Assembly (NCBI RefSeq): GCF_963921235.1
Contig: NC_086109.1
Location: 12,648,001-12,712,000, forward strand
Source of the DNA: Mobula hypostoma
Lineage: Eukaryota
Direction of reading: 5' to 3'
Length of the DNA stretch: 64,000 nucleotides
Made by a program: the position numbers and the translations under genes. The number at the start of each line of letters is the position of its first letter. Within the stretch, counting starts at the first letter, position 1. Below, piece by piece: positions 57,907-64,000 of the stretch. The notes under the pieces were generated by a model that ran no database searches, was not told the DNA's origin, and saw nothing but the letters and a program-made list of their open reading frames with translations.

Positions 57907-59645
57907 TACGAGGGGTGATTGATCAGTTCGTGGCCCAAGATAGAAGGAGTCAATTTTAGAAAACCTAGCACAGTTATTTTTCAACATTGTCCCCTCTTAC
58001 ATTTACACACTTAGTCCAGCAGTCATAGAAACATAGAAGATAGGTGCAGGAGTAGGCCATTCAGCCCTTCAAACCTGCACCACCATTCAGTATGATCATG
58101 GCTGATCATCCAACTCAGAACCCTGTACCTGCCTTCTTTCCATACCCCCTGATCCCTTTAGCCACAAGAGCCATATCTAACTCCCTCTTAAATATAGCCA
58201 ATGAACTGGCCTCAACTGTTTCCTGTGGCAGAGAATTCCACAGATTCACCACTCTCTGTGTGAAGAAGTTTTCCCTCATCTCGGTCCTAAAAGGCTTCCC
58301 CTTTATCCTCAAACTGTGACCCCTCGTTCTGGACTTTCCCAACATCGGGAACTATCTTCCTACATCTAGCCTGTCCAAAACCTTTAGAACTTTATATGTT
58401 TCAAGAAGATCCCCCCTCAATCTTCTAAATTCCAGAGAGTATAGGCCTAGTCAATCCAGTCTTTCTTCATATGAAAGTCCTGCCATCCCAGGAATCAATC
58501 TGGTGAACCTTCTTTGTACTCCCTCTATGGCAAGGATGTCTTTCCTCAGATTAGGGGACCAAAACTGCCACAATACTCCAGGTGTGGTCTCACCAAGGCC
58601 TTGTACAACTGCAGTAGTACCTCCCTGCTCCTGTACTCGAATCCTCTTGCTATGAATGCCAGCATACCAGGTCTCGTTGCACCTCCCCCTTTCCTAATCG
58701 GCCACCATTCAGATAATAATCTGTTTTCCTTTTCTTGCCACCAAAGCGGATAACCTTATATTTATCCATATTAAATTGCATCTGCCAAGAATTTGCCCAC
58801 TCACCTAACCTATCCAAGTCACCCTGCATCCTCCTCACAGCTAACACTGCTGCCCAGCCTCGTGTCATCCGCAAACTTGGAGATGCTGCATTTAATTCCC
58901 ATGTCTAAGTCATTTATATATATTGTAAACAACTGGGGTCCCAGCACTGAGCCTTGCGGTACCCCACTAGTCACTGCCTGCCATTCTGAAAAGGTCCCAC
59001 TTATTCCCACTCTTTGCTTCCTGTTTGCCAACCAATTCTCTATCCACATCAATACCATACCACCAATACCGTGTGCTTTAAGTTTGCACACTAATCTCCT
59101 GTGTGGGACCTTGTCAAAAGCCTTTTGAAAATCCAAATATACCACATCCACTGGTTCTCCCCTATCCACTCTACTAGTTACATCCTCAAAAAATTCTATG
59201 AGATTCGTCAGACATGATTTTCCTTTCACAAATCCATGCTGTCTTTGTCTGATGATTTCACCGCTTTCCAAATGTGCTGTTATCACACCTTTGATAACTG
59301 ACTCTAGCATTTTCCCCACCACCGATGTCAGGCTTACCATTCTATAATTCCCCAGTTTCTCTCTCCCTCCTTTTTTAATAAGTGGGGTTACATTAGCCAC
59401 CCTCCAATCCTCAGGAACTAATCCAGCATCTAAAGAGTCATGGAGCATACAGATCCATTCTTTGTAGAAGCCGGCGTTTTGGACTTCCAGAAAGTGGTCC
59501 ACATCAGAGGTGATTGATACGTTCATGGCCTAAAGTAGAAGGAGATGAGTTATTAACTTCAAACTTTCTGCATAATGCATTTTCACTCAAAGAGTTGAAC
59601 TGCACGTGCATGTAACGAGAGCTGTATAACTCATCTCCTTCTGAC
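57907..59645 (+). mobile_element. Mariner-like MITE interrupted by a CR1
   Basis: TA-CGAGGGGTGATTGAT start; internal second copy at ~59510; inverted repeat agaaggagatgagttat / ataactcatctccttct. Confidence 0.65.
58027..59435 (-). mobile_element. CR1-type LINE (young family, copy 3), 5'-truncated with internal deletion
   Basis: Minus ORF 58819-59526 (YLDFQKAFD, GVPQGSVLGP, FADD); AGTCAT on both sides (58021-58026, 59436-59441); the segment from LGV to LLQL is missing near 58660. Confidence 0.9.
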
Positions 59646-60037
59646 TTCACAAAATGAAGTCACCATTCATTTTGTATGTATCTGACAATTTCCTGCTTTC
59701 AACCTATGGAGAGTTTTCCAGAACACCCACAAGTGCTGCTATTCCAGAGTCAAACTGTTAGGTCTCACTTTAGAGTGTTTCCCCGCTGCTGAGAGAGACT
59801 GAAGCCCTGATTTTCACACTGACACACTCTGTGTCATCACTGTTGTTCTGATCAGGAGTCCTGCTGTTTTCGGTGATACTGACAGACATGGACGTTCTGG
59901 CAGCTCTGAGGATGACGAGACACAGTGGAGTAGATGAGCTGCTGAGATTCCAAACTGGTGTCTCCCGGTTGAGATACAGAACTGCTGAAATCTTTAGTGT
60001 GTTTGATTTTCAGATGTTCACTAATTCTGTTCCACAG

Positions 60038-60358
60038 AACCTGTGTCTCTTCCTTTGCTTCGATTTTCACCACAAACAAATGGCTCAAGTTGTGGGGACT
60101 CCGTGTCAGTGTCCTGTGAGTCTGTCCATGGGTCCCTTCCCATTCAGTACTCATGGTATGAAAAGACGCCATCTGAGGATTCAAAGATCTCTGACACAAA
60201 TAAACTGGATCTACATTGCCAATCCATAAAATACAAAAATTATCTGTATTATTGCAAAGCCTCAAATATTAATGGAGAGAAGTCCAGTGAAGTGGTCAAT
60301 GTATCCATCTCCAACAGTGTCAGCACCTGCAGAAATGTGATTGAAGTCAACAGCATGG
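60038..60358 (+). CDS. C2/I-type Ig exon 2
   Basis: ttccacAG, 321 bp, phase 1-1, donor G|GTAAGT. PVSLPLLRFSPQTNGSSCGDSVSVSCESVHGSLPIQYSWY..LHCQS..YYCKASN..TCRNVIEVNSM. Confidence 0.92.
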
Positions 60359-61819
60359 GTAAGTGCTGGAGGGTTTGATTCTTTATGATGGTCAATGGAG
60401 TACAACTGAATGACTGATGTGTGCTGGATATTGTGTTGTTGGAACTTCACTCAGGAGCATGAAGTGCATGTTGTCACCACCTTTTAGAGAATGAAAAGCT
60501 TTTTGGCCCAGCAGTTCAAATGTGAGTCTCTCAGCACAGGGTCTCCTGTCTCTGATCTGACTCTTGCTGGCTGGGTGTGAATGTATCTCATCTGGTAATA
60601 TTTCTGGCCATTCATTAAGATAGTCCTTCCAAGATAAATCACTTCAAAGTTGAAAGTAAATTAAGTTTTTGTCACTATATACTACCCCGAGATCCATTTT
60701 CTTGCAGGCATTCACAGTAGATACAAATGAATACAACAGACTCAATGTAAAACTACACACAATCAAAAATGGTCAAACAATGTGCAAAATAAGATAAATT
60801 GTGCAAATACAAAAGAAACAAATAATAAATAAATAAATAACAAGAGAATATCTGCAGATGCTGGAAAGCAAAGCACCACACACAAATTGCTGGAGGTACT
60901 CAGAAGGCCAGGGAACACCTATTGAAAAGAGTCATCAGTCATTGTTTCGGGCTGAGACCCTTCATTAGGACTGGAAAGGAAAGGAGATTAGAAGTCAACG
61001 TAAGAAAGTCAGTGGGAGAAGATGGAGAAGTACAAGGTGAAATGGAGAGAGTGGGAGGGGTGAAGTAAAGAGCTGGAAAGTCAATTGGTGAAAGCGATAA
61101 AGGGCTGGGGGAGGGGAAATCTGATAGGAGGGGACAGAAGGCCATGGAAAGCAGGGAAAGTGGAGGCTCGCCAGGGGGAGGTCATGGGCAGGTTAGGAGA
61201 TTGGTGAGAGAGGGAAAGGGGAAAGGGGAAAGGTGAAGGAGATAAACAAATAAATACTGAGAAGATGAACTGTAGAATCCTTGAAAGGGAGTCCATTGGT
61301 TGCAGAATCAGTTCAGTGTTGGTGAGTGAATTTATCCATGATGTTTCAGGAGCCTACAGGTTGCAGATAATAACTGGACTGAACCTGGTGATACGGGATC
61401 TAAGCCCCCTGCAACTCCTTCGTACTGACAGCAGCAAGAAGAGAGCATGGCTTGGATGGTAGGGGTTCTTGCTGCTTTGATACTCTCTTGTGCGCAGGAC
61501 TCACCGCCTCGATTTGGCCCATACCCGATCTTTCCTTTCTGGCCTGAAGCTTAAATCGATCAGACATTGACTCGAGCCTCAGTCTTGGGCCACCAGCATT
61601 GTCAGCAGATTTGGTCCGATGAAAGATGTTCTTGTTAAGGAAGAAGGCAAGTGAAGGATCGCCAGACTGATTTCCGGAATGCCACAAGTGACACAAGATC
61701 AGAGATTTGGTTGATTGGGTTTATATTTGATGGAGTTCAGCAGGTTGAGATGTGATCGCATAGAACTGTGCAATATTTTAGTAGGGGGATATGTGCTGAA
61801 CTGATGCAGGTAGGATGCT

Positions 61820-62250
61820 TCAAATGCCAGGGAATACAGGATGGTCTATGGAGTCCTACCTCCAAGAGAACCACAAATTTGGAGGCTTGCATGCCTCAAT
61901 GACCCAGAGAGCTCTGATGGCTGTTATTCTTTGGCAGTTCATCGGGTCACCCATGCCAAACAGGTCAAAGGGCAGAGGCCAGACTTAGAGTGGTCCACCA
62001 ATCCTCCAGGTTCGGGGGATTCGCTCAGGACTGACAAGCCTGACTGGTTAAACAAAATCGTCATGGAAACAGGAATGAAAAATCCTTCTCCATCAGAGTT
62101 TGACAGTATTGCTCGGTCTCTACCTGAGACTTGCATGACTGACGGCAGTGAAAACCGAGATGAATCTACTGACACAATGAAGGAAGCCCCGAACACTGCC
62201 AGAGTTAGGAGACCTTCATTGCTGCCCGAAACACCAGTCGTGTAACAGAC
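61820..62250 (+). mobile_element. Probable RTE-clade LINE 5' UTR fragment
   Basis: gcttgcatgcctcaatgacc..gggtcacccatgccaaacaggtcaaagggcagaggccagac resembles RTE/Rex3-type 5' UTRs (from recall, not searched). Confidence 0.45.
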
Positions 62251-62971
62251 AGTAAGTAAGAAAGCTTGGAATCTTAGAAATAATATGAAGGGTGAAACAG
62301 ATAAGACTGGGATTAGGAAAGATTTCTTCTCCCAGAATGTGGTGAACATGTATTGAAGAAAGATTGAGTTATTTTTCTCAGAGGTAGAGAGATCAAGAGA
62401 TTTGAGAAACAAAAGACCTTGCCTTTTCATTGAGAAAACCTCCTGCATTATCCTATTGGATAAAAAGTGTACTTGAACCATTATCTCCCTGTATCCAAAT
62501 TGCCAGTAAATGTAATTGGCTGCACAGGAGCACAGCAATTACTGTAACAGTATTACAGCGCCAGCGATCAGTGATCAGGGTCCAATTCCCACCACTGTTT
62601 GCAAGTTGTTCGTACGTTCTCCCAGCGACTGTGTGGGTTTCCTCCGGGTGCCACAGTTTCCTCCCACGTTCCAGAGATGCACAAGTTAGGATGAGTAAGT
62701 CCTGTGCAAGCCATTTTGGTGCTAGAAGCATAGAACCCTTGCAGGCTGCCCCCAGCACAAACTCTGTTGGTCGCTGTTGTAAACAATACATTTGACTGCA
62801 TGATCTGATGTACGTGTGACAAATAAATCTCATATTTAATCTTTAAATGTGCATCAGGTAATAGATCACCTTTTGTCCACCATGTTCAAGTACTTATTGG
62901 TCTAACAATTGTGCTCTCTTGTTCTTGCAAGTACAAAGCAGATGAAATTTTATTTTATTTTCTTTTAACAG

Positions 62972-63048
62972 GGAGAATTGATTTCTGTGAAAATACTGTG
63001 ACAGAATTGATGACAACTGCACAAAGGAAAGAAACTACTTCAGCTGAA
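62972..63048 (+). CDS. Stalk exon with apparently mutated donor, reading through to a stop
   Basis: ttttattttattttcttttaacAG acceptor, (G)RIDFCENTVTELMTTAQ-AG|GAAAGA, compared with TA-AG|GTAAGT at 14707. The frame continues RKETTFS-TGA (63046-63048). Confidence 0.65.
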
Positions 63049-64000
63049 ATGTAAAGTATAAGGTTTTCGCTGCAGGGGGTTTCACTGCTACTGCTTTCAA
63101 GTACAGCCAGTTGGGAGAGAAATGTGTTTTTCTTTAACTAGTGTTTATCATATTTGACCTGATTAACTTCAACAAACTCATATCTTGGAAACTGAGTATT
63201 CCTGATTTTCTTGAACATGCATCAAGCCTGAGATCAAAGATAAATTTCTTTTCCCCAAATATTTAATAATTTAAGCATAGCAGTTGAAACTCGTGTAGAA
63301 TCATAAAGTCTTTGTTATATATTAGAACAACAGGCCCTTCAGCCTGACTCGTCCAAGCCAACCAAGATGTCCATCTAAGTTCAGCACGTTTAATTTTATT
63401 TATTCCACATCCTTCTCTGCCAAGGGCTCCCAACCTGGGGTCAAGTCCAGTCCAGTCCAGTCAATTCAAGTTTATTGTCATTTAACTATATAAATGTATA
63501 CTGTCCAGTGAGACACTGTTTCTCCAAACCAAGGTGTAAAGCACTGCAGTATACATAATGCTTAATAACTTATGAAAGTGAGAATGAAATCCACAGATTA
63601 ATTACACATAAATAAACAAACTGAAGTGCATGAATTAAGTATTGTCAGGCCCAGGGCATAAAAAAGTTTGTGAACCCCTGTTCTAAGCCTTTCCTATCCA
63701 CATATCTGTCAAAATGTCTTTTAACCTTTGTAACTGTATCCACTTCTATGGATCGCTGTGGCAGCTTGCTCCATATACCCAAGACCCTCTGTATATAAAG
63801 TTGCTCCTTAGGTCCTTTCCCTACTCAATTTTAGCCTGCACCTGCTCATTGTAAAATGACAGTGATCATTCACCTTATCGATGCCCCTCATGATTTTATA
63901 TACCTCTGTTAAATGACCCGTCAGCATTCTAAGCTCCAGGGCAAAAGTCTCAGCCTATCCAACCCTCCATTATAACTCTAGCCCTCCATTCTCAGGATTG

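Noticed and set aside
61820-61960. HDV-like ribozyme in the RTE-type 5' UTR
   Set aside because: I could not fold a convincing nested double pseudoknot by eye; it needs a descriptor-based search.

Overview
Non-bacterial, repeat-rich vertebrate genomic DNA. The repeat families and immune-receptor exons suggest a cartilaginous fish, probably a ray or skate (inference). The genic content is a + strand tandem cluster of CD300/pIgR-like, MDIR-type immunoglobulin-superfamily receptor genes undergoing birth-and-death evolution. (1) An orphan 3' half with stalk, micro-exon, charged transmembrane and cytoplasmic exons at 14.7-17.1 kb. (2) Two decayed TM-like exons at 25.1 and 32.6 kb. (3) A deleted pseudogene at 36.9-39.2 kb. 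(4) A lone leader exon at 40.5 kb. (5) An open leader-V-C2-V-C2-stalk gene at 48.8-63.0 kb whose stalk-exon splice donor appears mutated (GA for GT). A duplicated intergenic/promoter unit occurs four times. The rest is mostly transposable elements: CR1 LINEs, Rex1/Babar LINEs, Penelope-like elements with hammerhead ribozymes, Gypsy LTR elements and solo LTRs, Tc1/mariner and hAT derivatives, and SINEs. The most striking observation is a Gypsy element (17.9-21.4 kb) whose RT/RNaseH/integrase core is replaced by an intronless fragment of the host splicing-factor gene RBM25, joined in frame to gag-protease. Coordinates were read by eye; TE edges without a stated TSD are approximate. No database searches were run.
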